A stretch of 64,000 nucleotides of DNA from Bacillota bacterium (GTDB lineage: Bacteria > Bacillota > Clostridia > Christensenellales > SZUA-584), in assembly GCA_023460085.1 (NCBI GenBank), contig JAEWRI010000044.1, positions 54,877 to 118,876 on the forward strand, written 5' to 3'. Below, one piece after another: positions 44,099-54,659 of the stretch (within the stretch, counting starts at the first letter, position 1; each line of letters starts with the position of its first letter). The notes beneath the pieces were generated by a model. The model saw nothing but the letters and a program-made list of their open reading frames with translations, did not search any database and was not told the DNA's origin. Made by a program: the position numbers and the translations under genes.

Positions 44099-44833
44099 CT
44101 ATATCACCATGCCGCCGTCCACCACCATCACCTGACCGGTGATGTACGACGCGCAGCTGCCGCACAGGAACTGCACCAGCGCCGCCACATCGGACGGCGC
44201 GCCGAAGCGCCTGAGCGGTATCGATTGTTTCATCTTCTCCCGGACTTCCTCGCTGAGCGCGTCCGTCATCGCGGTCTCGATGAAGCCGGGCGCGACGGCG
44301 TTTACGCAGATGCCGCGCGGTGCGGCCTCCTTCGCGCACGCCTTGGTGAAGCCGATGACGGCGGCTTTGGACGCGGCGTAGTTAGTCTGGCCCGCGTTGC
44401 CCGTGACGCCCACCACCGACGTGATGTTGACGATTCGCCCCTGCCGTGCCTTCATCATCAGCGGGAGCACGGCGCGTGTGCAGTAAAAGCAGCCGCCCAT
44501 GTTGGCGCGCATTACGTTCTCGTACTGCGCGTCCGTCATGCGCATCAGCAGCCCGTCGTCCGTCATGCCGGCGTTGTTGACGAGCGCAAAAATGCCGCCC
44601 AGCTTTTGGGCGCACTGCGCCACGAGCGCCGCGCACTGCGCCGCGTCGGAGATGTCCGCCTGCAGGGTCTCCGCGCGTCGTCCCAGCGCCTCGACCTCCC
44701 GGCGCACCGCTTCCGCTTTCTCCGCACCGCGATGATAGTGCACCCCGATGTCGAACCCCGCTTCGGCGAGCGCAAGGCATATGGCGCGGCCGATGCCGCC
44801 CGAAGCGCCCGTCACCAGCGCAACCTGATTCAT
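44099..44833 (-). CDS. fabG: 3-oxoacyl-ACP reductase
   Basis: 244-aa short-chain dehydrogenase. ALVTGASGGIGRAI and YAASKAAVIGF. Confidence 0.94.
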   Translation of the reverse strand: MNQVALVTGASGGIGRAICLALAEAGFDIGVHYHRGAEKAEAVRREVEALGRRAETLQADISDAAQCAALVAQCAQKLGGIFALVNNAGMTDDGLLMRMTDAQYENVMRANMGGCFYCTRAVLPLMMKARQGRIVNITSVVGVTGNAGQTNYAASKAAVIGFTKACAKEAAPRGICVNAVAPGFIETAMTDALSEEVREKMKQSIPLRRFGAPSDVAALVQFLCGSCASYITGQVMVVDGGMVI

Positions 44834-45750
44834 GCTCTCACCTCGTCCAGATACTTCTTCAATGTTTCCGCGTCGCGCACGGATTTGACCTCCGCGCCGC
44901 CGCCCGCCCGGCGCTTCAGCAGCTTTGCCAGCACGTTGCCCGGGCCGACTTCCACGAAGCGCGTCACACCGTTTGCGAACATATGCTCCGTACAGTCGTG
45001 CCAGCGCACGCGGCTGCGCATTTGCATGGCCAGCAGCGCGGAAATATCCGAGTGTTCCGAATACGGTTCCCCGAGCGCGTTGGCGTATACCGTTTTGTCC
45101 GGCACGCCGATATCTTCCCGCCGCAGCGCCTCGAGAAACTGCTGTGAAACGCTCTCCAGCAGCGGCGAATGGGAAGGCCCGCGCACCGCAAGCAGCGTAA
45201 CCATCTTCGCCCCGGCTTGCTCAAACTTCTCCTTGAGCGCCAGCAAGTCGCACATTTCACCCGCAACCACCGTCTGCAGCTCCGAAAGGTGGTTGGCGAC
45301 GCTTGCGCTGGAAAAGCCCGCAAGCCGTTCCTCCACCTGTTCCGCCGTGAAACCGATCACGGACAGCATGCCGCCCGCGCCCGGCGCGAACGCTTCGTCC
45401 ATGATGCGCCCTCTTTGCCGCACGAGCGCCGCGCACTGCGAGACGCCGAACACGCCCGCCGCGGTCAGCGCCGCGTACTCGCCCAGCGAAAGCCCCGCGA
45501 CTGCGTCGGCGTCCGCGCCCTCATACTGCAGCGTCTTCAGCAGCGATATGCTGTGCGCGAATATGGCGGGCTGGCACACCTCGCCTTCGTCCATCCGTTT
45601 GCCCTCAAAACAGGCGGACTTCAGATCCAGCTTCGCGCCCTGCGCGCATAAGTCAAACGTTTCGGTATAAATAGGATGATGATCGTATAAGTCCGATCCC
45701 ATGCCGGGCGTCTGAGCGCCCTGGCCGGGAAAAAGAAACGCCGTACTCAT
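44830..45750 (-). CDS. fabD: Malonyl-CoA:ACP transacylase
   Basis: FLFPGQGAQ and AGLSLGEYAAL. Start trimmed to the ATG at 45750, just after the fabK stop. Confidence 0.94.
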   Translation of the reverse strand: MSTAFLFPGQGAQTPGMGSDLYDHHPIYTETFDLCAQGAKLDLKSACFEGKRMDEGEVCQPAIFAHSISLLKTLQYEGADADAVAGLSLGEYAALTAAGVFGVSQCAALVRQRGRIMDEAFAPGAGGMLSVIGFTAEQVEERLAGFSSASVANHLSELQTVVAGEMCDLLALKEKFEQAGAKMVTLLAVRGPSHSPLLESVSQQFLEALRREDIGVPDKTVYANALGEPYSEHSDISALLAMQMRSRVRWHDCTEHMFANGVTRFVEVGPGNVLAKLLKRRAGGGAEVKSVRDAETLKKYLDEVRA

Positions 45751-45752
45751 GC

Positions 45753-46712
45753 TTATGCCTCTCCGCCCAGCATGCACGCAAAAGCCTCGTCGCGCACGCG
45801 GCGCAGCGCCTCCGCGTCAAACAGCTCCCGGATGATCTCCTCCGCGGGCTGCACCTTGTCCATCATGCAGGCGCACTGCCCCGCCATGAACGATCCGGTG
45901 TCCTTGTCGCCGTGCAGCACCGCGCGCATCAGCGAACCTTCACCCAGCTTCTCCAGCTTCTCCGCGCCGCCCTCCGCGTACTCCAGCTGCAGCATTTCCC
46001 GCACGATGGGGCTGCGCAGCAGCCGCACCGGATGGCCCGTCACACGGCCTGTCACCTTGCTGTCAATGTCCTTCGCCTTGATGACACGCCGCTTGTACTC
46101 GTCGTGCGCAGTGCATTCCTCCGCCAGGATGAAGCGCGTGCCCACCTGCACGCCCGAGGCGCCCAGGCAGAATGCCGCCGCCACCGTCTCCGCGCTGTAG
46201 ATGCCGCCCGCCGCCACGACGGGGATATCCACGCTGGCGACGATATCCGGCGTCAGCACCATGGTCGTCAGCTCGCCGATGTGTCCGCCCGCTTCGCAGC
46301 CTTCCGCGATCACGAAGTCCGCGCCTGCGCGCTGCATCATCTGCGCGAGCGCGCTGCTCGCCACCACCGGCGCAATAACGCAGCCCGCTTCCTTCCAAGC
46401 GCGCACGTAGCCCGCCGGATTGCCCGCGCCTGTGATTACCACCGGCACGCGCTCCTCAGAAACGATTTGCGCCACTTCCTCGACGTAAGGGCTCAGCAGC
46501 ATCACGTTGAGACCGAAAGGCTTGTCGGTTTTGGCGCGCAGCTCACGAATCTGGCCGCGCACCCAGTCCGGCGGCGCGTTGCCCGCCGCGATGACCCCCA
46601 AAGCCCCCGCCTGCGATACGGCGGCGGCGAGGCTGGCGTTGGAAACCCAGGCCATGCCGCCCTGTATCAGCGGGTACTTCAGAGGCAGAATTGAAGTAAG
46701 GCTACTTCTCAT
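45753..46712 (-). CDS. fabK: Enoyl-ACP reductase II (FMN-dependent, nitronate-monooxygenase fold)
   Basis: 319 aa. PLIQGGMAWVS and the TIM-barrel flavoenzyme pattern. Position between acpP and fabD. Confidence 0.88.
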   Translation of the reverse strand: MRSSLTSILPLKYPLIQGGMAWVSNASLAAAVSQAGALGVIAAGNAPPDWVRGQIRELRAKTDKPFGLNVMLLSPYVEEVAQIVSEERVPVVITGAGNPAGYVRAWKEAGCVIAPVVASSALAQMMQRAGADFVIAEGCEAGGHIGELTTMVLTPDIVASVDIPVVAAGGIYSAETVAAAFCLGASGVQVGTRFILAEECTAHDEYKRRVIKAKDIDSKVTGRVTGHPVRLLRSPIVREMLQLEYAEGGAEKLEKLGEGSLMRAVLHGDKDTGSFMAGQCACMMDKVQPAEEIIRELFDAEALRRVRDEAFACMLGGEA

Positions 46713-46935
46713 TTTGCTTCTTCTCCAGATATGCCGCGAGCTCGCCCACCGTCTTCACGTCTTTAATCTCCTCGTTGGGGATCATGATGTCCAGCTCCTT
46801 CTCGATGCCGATGAGCATCTCGACCATATCGAGCGAGTCCATCTCGAAATCCTCCACGAAGCGCGAATCGGCTGTCACCGTGGACGCGTCAATATCCAGC
46901 TGCTCCACCAGTTTTGCGATGATCTTCTCTTGCAT
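46702..46935 (-). CDS. acpP: Acyl carrier protein
   Basis: 77 aa after trimming to the ATG at 46935, after GGAGGAG. Phosphopantetheine site FEMDSLDMVEMLIGIE. Confidence 0.94.
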   Translation of the reverse strand: MQEKIIAKLVEQLDIDASTVTADSRFVEDFEMDSLDMVEMLIGIEKELDIMIPNEEIKDVKTVGELAAYLEKKQNEK

Positions 46936-46955
46936 GGAATACTCCTCCGTATGTT

Positions 46956-47927
46956 TTATAGTGTCCAGTCTATGACCACTCCGCCGCAGGTCAGCCCCGA
47001 TCCGAAGCCGACGAGCGCAACACGGTCTCCTTTGCGGAGCCATCCCTGCTGCACCGCGTCGCTCATCGCGATGGGTATCGTCGCGGAGGAGGTGTTCGCG
47101 TATTTATCGATGTTCACAAAGAACTGATCCGGCGTCCAGTGCAGGGCGCGCATCACGCAGTCGATGATCTTGGCGTTGGCCTGATGCGGTATCACCTTGG
47201 TGAAGGGTTTGTCGCCGCACTTCGCGAGGAGCCGTTTCAGCACATCCTCAAGCGCGCCCACGGCATACGTAAATACCTCGCGCCCCTTCATGTGCAGGTA
47301 TTCCCTGCCCGTTTTTTCCGTCGGGGCAAAGGGCGTCGGGCGCGCCTCGCCGCGGACAAACAGCACGTCCTCATCGTCAGGCGATCCGGCAAGCACCGCG
47401 CAGCCGACATGCTCCGCTTCGCTCTTTTTCAGCGCCACCGCGCCCGCGCCGTCGCCGAAAAGCACGCAGGTGGTGCGGTCACTCCAGTCCGCAAGACTCG
47501 TCATGGACTCGCTCGCAACGACGAGCGCCGCACCGACGTCCAGCGTTTCCATCAAACTCGCCGCGGATACTAGCGCGTATACAAAGCCCGTGCACCCCGC
47601 CGCCACGTCCATGGCCGCGCACGACGCGATGCCCAGCGCGCGCTGCACGCCGCTCGCCATCGAGGGCGTCACATCGTCTCCCGTGATCGTGCAGGCGATG
47701 ATGAGCCCGACGTCTTCCTTCGCAATGCCCGCGCTCTCCAGCGCTTTGCGCGCGGCGTCCGCCGCCATGCTGCCGGTCGTCTCCGTGGTTACGGCACGCC
47801 GTTCCGCGATGCCGGTGCGCTTGCGAATCCAGTCGTCGCTCGTTTCCATGAGCGCTTCGAGGTCGAAGTTCGTCACAACCTTTGCAGGCAGGCTGCTTGC
47901 CACGCCTGCTATCTCCACCCTTGCCAT
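46956..47927 (-). CDS. fabH: 3-oxoacyl-ACP synthase III
   Basis: AAGCTGFVYAL (active Cys), PHQAN and GFGSGLT. Start trimmed to the ATG at 47927 (MARVEIAG). Confidence 0.94.
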   Translation of the reverse strand: MARVEIAGVASSLPAKVVTNFDLEALMETSDDWIRKRTGIAERRAVTTETTGSMAADAARKALESAGIAKEDVGLIIACTITGDDVTPSMASGVQRALGIASCAAMDVAAGCTGFVYALVSAASLMETLDVGAALVVASESMTSLADWSDRTTCVLFGDGAGAVALKKSEAEHVGCAVLAGSPDDEDVLFVRGEARPTPFAPTEKTGREYLHMKGREVFTYAVGALEDVLKRLLAKCGDKPFTKVIPHQANAKIIDCVMRALHWTPDQFFVNIDKYANTSSATIPIAMSDAVQQGWLRKGDRVALVGFGSGLTCGGVVIDWTL

Positions 47928-47932
47928 ACGTT

Positions 47933-48763
47933 TTATAGTCCCCTCATGCCCAGAAATTTTTCGTGGCGCTGCTCTACCAGCCGCGCGGGCGATACCTTGG
48001 TCAGCCGCTTCAGATACATCCGGAAAATATGGCGGATCTGCTCTACGCTGGCGTCCATGTTGAACCGGTCGAAGCCCTCCGGCTCCGGAATAACGCTGTC
48101 CACGAGGTTGAAGTGCTTTAAATCCTCCGCCGTAAGCTTCAGGCACTCTGCCGCTTCCTGCGCCAGCGAGCTGTCACGGAACAGTATGGACGCGCAGCCC
48201 TCGGGCGAGATAACCGAGAAATAGCTGTTCTCCATCATGATCAGCCTATCCGCCAGAGACAGCGCCAGCGCGCCTCCGCTCCCGCCCTCGCCGATGATGA
48301 TGGAGATGATGGGCGTTCCCAGCGTCGCCATGGTTTTCAGGTGCTCCGCGATGATGAGCCCCTGCCCCTTCTCCTCCGCCTCCACGCCGCAGAAAGCGCC
48401 CGGCGTATCCACGATGCAGATGACGGGGCGGGAGAACTTCTCTGCCTGCGCCAGCGCGCGCATGGATTTGCGGTAGCCCTCCGGCTGCGGCATGCCAAAG
48501 TTGCAGCGCATGCGCTCCTCCAGCGTGTGGCCCTTCTGCTGCCCGATGACCGTGACGGGCCAGTCCTCGAACCACGCGATGGCGGTAATGATGGACGGGT
48601 CGTCTCCGAAGCACTTGTCGCCGTGCACCTCGAACACGCCCGTAAACAGCTTGTCGATATAATCCCGTGCCTGCGGGCGGTTCTCCTTGCGCGCACGCTG
48701 CACCTTTTCCCAGGACTTTTTCTCCTCCGCGGCAACGCGCGGCACAGCGGCTTTCGGTGCCAT
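47933..48763 (-). CDS. accA: Acetyl-CoA carboxylase carboxyltransferase alpha subunit
   Basis: VICIVDTPGAFCGVEAEEKGQG motif. Start trimmed to the ATG at 48763, 1 nt after the accD stop. Confidence 0.93.
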   Translation of the reverse strand: MAPKAAVPRVAAEEKKSWEKVQRARKENRPQARDYIDKLFTGVFEVHGDKCFGDDPSIITAIAWFEDWPVTVIGQQKGHTLEERMRCNFGMPQPEGYRKSMRALAQAEKFSRPVICIVDTPGAFCGVEAEEKGQGLIIAEHLKTMATLGTPIISIIIGEGGSGGALALSLADRLIMMENSYFSVISPEGCASILFRDSSLAQEAAECLKLTAEDLKHFNLVDSVIPEPEGFDRFNMDASVEQIRHIFRMYLKRLTKVSPARLVEQRHEKFLGMRGL

Positions 48764-48764
48764 G

Positions 48765-49605
48765 TTAAGCCCTCCCCCGCAGCATGCCCCGCGGTTTATT
48801 CCCGTCGCCGTGCAGCGCCAGTATATCGGCCAGCGTACCCCGCATATCCTTGCGGTCCACGATGCGATCGATAAGGCCGTGGGCATAGAGATACTCGGCG
48901 CTCTGGAAGCCCTCCGGCAGCTTGCTGTTCACCGTCTGCTGTATCACGCGCGGTCCGGCAAAGCCGATGAGCGCGCCCGGCTCGGCGATGGTGATGTCGC
49001 CCTGCATCGCGAAGCTCGCCGTGACGCCGCCCGTGGTGGGGTGCGTCAGCACGTTCACGTGCAGCAGCTTGTGCTCCGCGTGGCGCGCCAGGGCAATGGT
49101 CGTGCGCGACATCTGCAGCAGCGAATGAATTCCCTCCTGCATGCGCGCGCCGCCCGAGGCACAGAAGATGATCAGCGGCAGCCGGTTGAGCAGGGCGAAC
49201 TCCGCGATGATCACGATTTTCTCGCCCACCACGGTTCCCATGCTGCCCATCATGAAATACGAGTCCATCACCGCCAGCGCGGTGCGGTAGCCGCGTATCG
49301 TCGCCTTGCCGATGACCACGCCCTCCTGCATGTTGGACTTGCTTTTCTCACTGGCGATCTTGGTCATGTAACCCGGAAAGGAGAGCGGATCGCTGCTCTC
49401 GGCTTCGCGCTCTATCTCGATGAAGCTGCCCGGATCCACGATGGATTCGATGCGCTTGTACGCGGGCTGCCGGAACAGCGCGCCGCAATAAGGGCAGGTG
49501 GAATCATTGGCATGGAAAATATCCGCGAGCAAATCCTTGCCGCATTTGCCGCAGCGCAGCGTCTCGGGCGCAGAACCCTGAGCCGCGCCGTCTATCTGTA
49601 TTTTT

Positions 49606-49622
<17 letters not shown>
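48765..49622 (-). CDS. accD: Acetyl-CoA carboxylase carboxyltransferase beta subunit
   Basis: N-terminal zinc ribbon CGKCGKDL..CPYCG, and the downstream GGARMQEG motif. Confidence 0.94.
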
Positions 49623-50976
<1,354 letters not shown>

Positions 50977-50977
50977 G

Positions 50978-51406
50978 TCAGTCTTCCCTGGCGTAGACGA
51001 ACAGCGCGTCGTTTTCGGAGACGGCCTGCGCGTTTTCGACGCACACCCGGGCAATCACGCCGGGCTTCGGCGCACAGATTTCATTCATCATCTTCATGGC
51101 TTCGATAATGCAGATGGGTTCGCCCTTGCGCACGAGACTGCCCTCGCGCACATACGCCTCCGCGCCCGGTTCCCGCGCGGCATAAAATACGCCGGAGATG
51201 GGCGCATGAATGATATCCTCAAACTCCGTCTCCCGTATAGATGGGTTTTCCGTTTTGGGCGCGGACGAAGACGCCGCCGAAGCCGCAGACGCGGCGCAGC
51301 GGTTGCGCTCCAGACAGATGCGCAAATCCTGTGTCTGTATTTCGATCTTATCGAACGAGGTGGCCTCCGCTTTGTCGATGAGGCTGAATACCTTTTCCAC
51401 GTCCAT
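50978..51406 (-). CDS. accB: Biotin carboxyl carrier protein
   Basis: 142 aa. Biotinylation motif IEAMKMMNEI. Confidence 0.94.
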   Translation of the reverse strand: MDVEKVFSLIDKAEATSFDKIEIQTQDLRICLERNRCAASAASAASSSAPKTENPSIRETEFEDIIHAPISGVFYAAREPGAEAYVREGSLVRKGEPICIIEAMKMMNEICAPKPGVIARVCVENAQAVSENDALFVYARED

Positions 51407-51445
51407 ATCATTCCCTCCGGGCCAAGCTTTTCATACCGGCATTAC

Positions 51446-51516
51446 AATATATGTATACTGTTAGTACTGCTAACCATCATTTTCAGAATAGTAACACCAG
51501 AAGGCGTGCTTGTCAA
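51446..51516 (-). promoter_or_regulatory. acc/fab operon control region: two SigA-type promoter candidates and a small palindrome
   Basis: On the minus strand: TTGACA-N17-TACTAT (-35 at 51511-51516, -10 at 51488-51493) and TTAGCA-N16-TATATT (51468-51473 and 51446-51451). The palindrome GTTAGtactgCTAAC (51460-51474) overlaps the proximal -35. Confidence 0.4.
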
Positions 51517-51704
51517 TGAAGCGAATGTTAACAGATGTTTGCAGCATAAGCGCTTCAATCCCGCCGAAGCACGCCTTCTCATCACGAAAAAAGACAAAGT
51601 TCAAGAAGAATATTAAAACAGATTATCAAAAATAGTACAGAGGTATTGATTTTATATTAAGGAAAATCGCACGGAAACCCGGATTCTCCTGCATAAAGCG
51701 ATAT

Positions 51705-52154
51705 TCACACCTCGAGCGCGTTAAAAAAATCGAGCAACGCCTGCAACGACGTCAGCACCTGAGGATATTCCCCGATCTTGAAGTTCCGGATAATGCTCTC
51801 CACCATCATGTCATGGAATTGCCGGTGCTTGCGGCAGCAGATTTCCCCCGCTTCCGTCAGCTGCAGTATGCTTTTGCGCCGATCGGCAACCGACTCGGCC
51901 CTGTGCAAATAGCACTTTTCCGTAAGACGCTTGACGGATACGCTCGCCGTCGCTTTGGTAATGCCCAGCGCTTCGGCGATCTGCGTCAGCGTGACATCCT
52001 CGCCTTCCTGCACGACTTCCAGTATATGCATTTCTGTTCGGCTGATCGCAATCTCCGCGGCCTTCGAAACGCTTTTCTCCTGAAGCCGAAGCACCTTATA
52101 AAACAGACCCTTCAGCACCTGGTTCAGCAGCCTTCGGATTTCCTGTTCGTCCAT
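51705..52154 (-). CDS. MarR-family transcriptional regulator (FabT-like by position)
   Basis: 149 aa. wHTH (LTQIAEALGITKATASVSVKRLTEKCYL..DRRKSIL). Located immediately upstream of the fatty-acid synthesis cluster, as fabT is in streptococci and clostridia. The functional link is inference. Confidence 0.75.
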   Translation of the reverse strand: MDEQEIRRLLNQVLKGLFYKVLRLQEKSVSKAAEIAISRTEMHILEVVQEGEDVTLTQIAEALGITKATASVSVKRLTEKCYLHRAESVADRRKSILQLTEAGEICCRKHRQFHDMMVESIIRNFKIGEYPQVLTSLQALLDFFNALEV

Positions 52155-52269
52155 TACACCCTCCGCGAAACGAAATAGGCTCTTTACGGAGCCGCCTTAT
52201 ACAAGAAGAAAGGAATATAGCCGATTATAGCACGCGGGAAAACGTGAAGCAATCCAAAGCCTTGAATCT

Positions 52270-53718
52270 TCATTTGTGTTTTTTATCCAGCGGATGCATT
52301 TCTTCCGAAGTTTCGGCCGAGTAGCCTTCTCTGAGAGCACCCGCGTTCACGGCGCGCGGCGCTCCCCGACGGACAAGGCGCAGTGCGGCATACCAGACTG
52401 CAAACAGTGCCACCAGCGCGCAGCCCGCAATCAGCCCGGAGAGCTGCCCTGCGATAAACGGCATGCTCACGATGGCAACGGCCAACAGCACCAGCACCGC
52501 GGCAGAGGTGTACGGGAAGCCCCACAGCTGGCATTTGCCGTCGGGGGGGCAGCCGTGTTTCCGTCGAAAGCGGATATGCGTCGCCATAATGACCGCATAG
52601 GTCAGCAGCAGCGCAAAACCGCCGGAGCTGATCAGGAAAACATATACGCTGGGCACCATCTGACCTATGCCCAGCGCCGCCAGCATCGCAACGCCCGATG
52701 CGAGTATGCCGCGCCGCGGCACATCGTGCTTGTCTTTTAGCCAGCGCGGGGCCATGCCTTCGTCCGCCAGAGAGCGCATCATACGCCCCAGGCCAAACAT
52801 CGCCGCAAGCATGGTGGAAAGTATCGCCGATATCAGTATCACGTTCATTGCCGTGCCCGCCCAGCCGATGCCGCTGCCCGACAGCGCCGCGACAAACGGG
52901 CTGATGTTTTCACCCAGCGCCGATGTGGAAACGAGCGGCAGCAGTACCGCGACGGACAGCACGTACAGCGCGACCAGGCAGAGTACCGTACGCCGGATGG
53001 CTTTGGGAATAATGACGTTCTTGGGCTGTCTGGCCTCCGACGCGGCCAGCCCGATTACCTCAAACCCAGCGTAGGTAAACATGACGATAAGCAGGCTGCC
53101 CGCCAGCCCCGCCATACCGCTTGGCAGGAAGGGCTCTGTGGCGACAGCGCCTGCGCCCACCGCCGTGCTGCCCGGAAACGCCCCCGCAATCAACAGCACC
53201 GCCACGACGATGAACGCGACGATGGCGAACAGCTTCACCGCGGCAAGGCCGCTCTCCAGCTTGCTCAGCTTATCCGCGCCCAGCAGGTTGAGCAGCGTGA
53301 CACCCGCGATGATGGCCGCCCCCGTCAGCGGCAGCGACAGCCCCGGTATCCAGTGCTGCAGCAGTATGGACACCGCCGTCGCTTCGCTGCTCATGGCAAG
53401 CGCCATGCCCGTCCAGTACACCCAGCCCACGACGAAACCCATGCCCGGCCCAAACGCCTGCGCCGCAAACGCTCGAAACGACCCGACTTCCGGGCTTGCC
53501 ACCGTCATCTCGGAAAGCGCGAACAGTATGAAGTACACCATCACGCCGCCCAATATAAAGCCTATCAGTATCGCGGGCCCCGCGGCGTTAATGGCGACCG
53601 ATGAGCCCAGAAAATACGATCCCCCGATGACCGTGCCCAGCGCCAACATCACAAGCTGCCATACCGACAACCCTTTTTCCTTCTTCAAGTCGTTCTTCAT
53701 CCCCTTTATTTTCATCAT
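52270..53718 (-). CDS. Amino-acid permease (APC superfamily)
   Basis: 482 aa with about 12 TM segments. N-terminus LSVWQLVMLALGTVIGGSYFLGS is typical of the AAT family. Confidence 0.88.
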   Translation of the reverse strand: MMKIKGMKNDLKKEKGLSVWQLVMLALGTVIGGSYFLGSSVAINAAGPAILIGFILGGVMVYFILFALSEMTVASPEVGSFRAFAAQAFGPGMGFVVGWVYWTGMALAMSSEATAVSILLQHWIPGLSLPLTGAAIIAGVTLLNLLGADKLSKLESGLAAVKLFAIVAFIVVAVLLIAGAFPGSTAVGAGAVATEPFLPSGMAGLAGSLLIVMFTYAGFEVIGLAASEARQPKNVIIPKAIRRTVLCLVALYVLSVAVLLPLVSTSALGENISPFVAALSGSGIGWAGTAMNVILISAILSTMLAAMFGLGRMMRSLADEGMAPRWLKDKHDVPRRGILASGVAMLAALGIGQMVPSVYVFLISSGGFALLLTYAVIMATHIRFRRKHGCPPDGKCQLWGFPYTSAAVLVLLAVAIVSMPFIAGQLSGLIAGCALVALFAVWYAALRLVRRGAPRAVNAGALREGYSAETSEEMHPLDKKHK

Positions 53719-53822
53719 TGCTATTTTCCCGTGAAGCCGGATAAATTACTCACCGGGCGCTTTGGTTGAATAATCCGGCGCGATACGATATGATTACTAT
53801 CATCCATTTAACCGGAGGCAGC

Positions 53823-54218
53823 ATGAAGAGTGTAAAACCGGGTCGCGGCCCGTCAATGATGGGCGGCATCGCCTCAATAGGTGCGGTGGTATTCGGAATC
53901 CTGTGGACCATACTGGCGGCGTCCATGGGCGGAGGCTTTTTTGCGCTGTTTGGCGTGGTCTTCATCGTCATTGGCATCGCGCAGGCTGTCTACCAGTTCA
54001 AGAACGCCACCAGCAGAAACCGCTATTCCGCGTTCGATATTACCGACGGAAACGAAGAACCCGATCCGCTGAACGAGCGTTTCGGCAGCGCTCAGACGAA
54101 CGATACCGAAAATGCGGACAATGCTCCGGATGGCAACGCCAACTTCTGCCCGTATTGCGGCGCGAAGCTTCAGGCGGGCTACCGCTTTTGCAAGCATTGC
54201 GGTAAACCCATCGACTAA
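53823..54218 (+). CDS. Small membrane protein with a C-terminal zinc ribbon
   Basis: 131 aa after trimming to the ATG at 53823, after GGAGG. Two TM helices, then CPYCG..CKHCG. Confidence 0.65.
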   Translation: MKSVKPGRGPSMMGGIASIGAVVFGILWTILAASMGGGFFALFGVVFIVIGIAQAVYQFKNATSRNRYSAFDITDGNEEPDPLNERFGSAQTNDTENADNAPDGNANFCPYCGAKLQAGYRFCKHCGKPID

Positions 54219-54232
54219 GTTCCGGGCAACAC

Positions 54233-54269
54233 AAAAGCCGCGCGCTTTCGGGCACGCGGCTTTGCTTTT
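54233..54269. terminator. Bidirectional terminator between convergent small genes
   Basis: AAAAGCCGCGcgctttcgggcaCGCGGCTTTGCTTTTG: a GC stem flanked by an A-run and a T-run. Confidence 0.65.
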
Positions 54270-54288
54270 GTTGAAATTCGAAATGCGA

Positions 54289-54477
54289 TCAGAACATGCC
54301 GATGGAGAACAGTTCGCCTTCCTTGGCCTTGCTGACCGATATGTTCTTTTTCCGGGACACAACGTACCGGTCGGTGGTTTCGTCCAGCACACGGTACTTT
54401 ACGTTTTTAATGTAGTTCTGTCTTTCTCGAGGAAAGGACATATCCTGCAAAAACTCAATATATTTTTTCTCTCTCAT
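54289..54477 (-). CDS. Hypothetical small protein (62 aa)
   Basis: GTGAGGA SD sequence 4 nt upstream of the ATG. Lys-rich, in a locally AT-rich segment. I recognise no family. Confidence 0.45.
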   Translation of the reverse strand: MREKKYIEFLQDMSFPRERQNYIKNVKYRVLDETTDRYVVSRKKNISVSKAKEGELFSIGMF

Positions 54478-54614
54478 GTTTCCTCACTTGGTTGTTAATA
54501 GTTTCATTATATACGATTATTACAACGCTGTAAAACACAAATTCAGGAACCGGAATATTCCGGGATCCATTCATGCCGTATACATGGCCTCCCCAAGGGG
54601 AAATTGAATATAAC

Positions 54615-54643
54615 AAAAGCCGCGCCAGAGAATCCGGCGCGGT
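54615..54643 (-). terminator. Terminator downstream of the GNAT gene
   Basis: The minus strand reads ACCGCGCCggattctctGGCGCGGC followed by TTTTGTT. Confidence 0.6.
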
Positions 54644-54659
54644 CTTATCGATATCCTCG

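Noticed and set aside
44091-44339. N-terminal extensions in the ORF track (fabF shown here; also fabH to 48146, accA to 48886, accC to 51054, glgC to 31187, glgA to 28766, gcvPB to 56971, acpP to 47043, fabD to 45777, the amidase to 22119, and the VanW-family gene to 21136).
   Set aside because: The extensions overlap the preceding gene, are Arg/Gly-rich with no family signal, and in each case an internal ATG has an SD sequence and starts the conserved N-terminus right after the upstream stop codon. The coordinates were trimmed accordingly.
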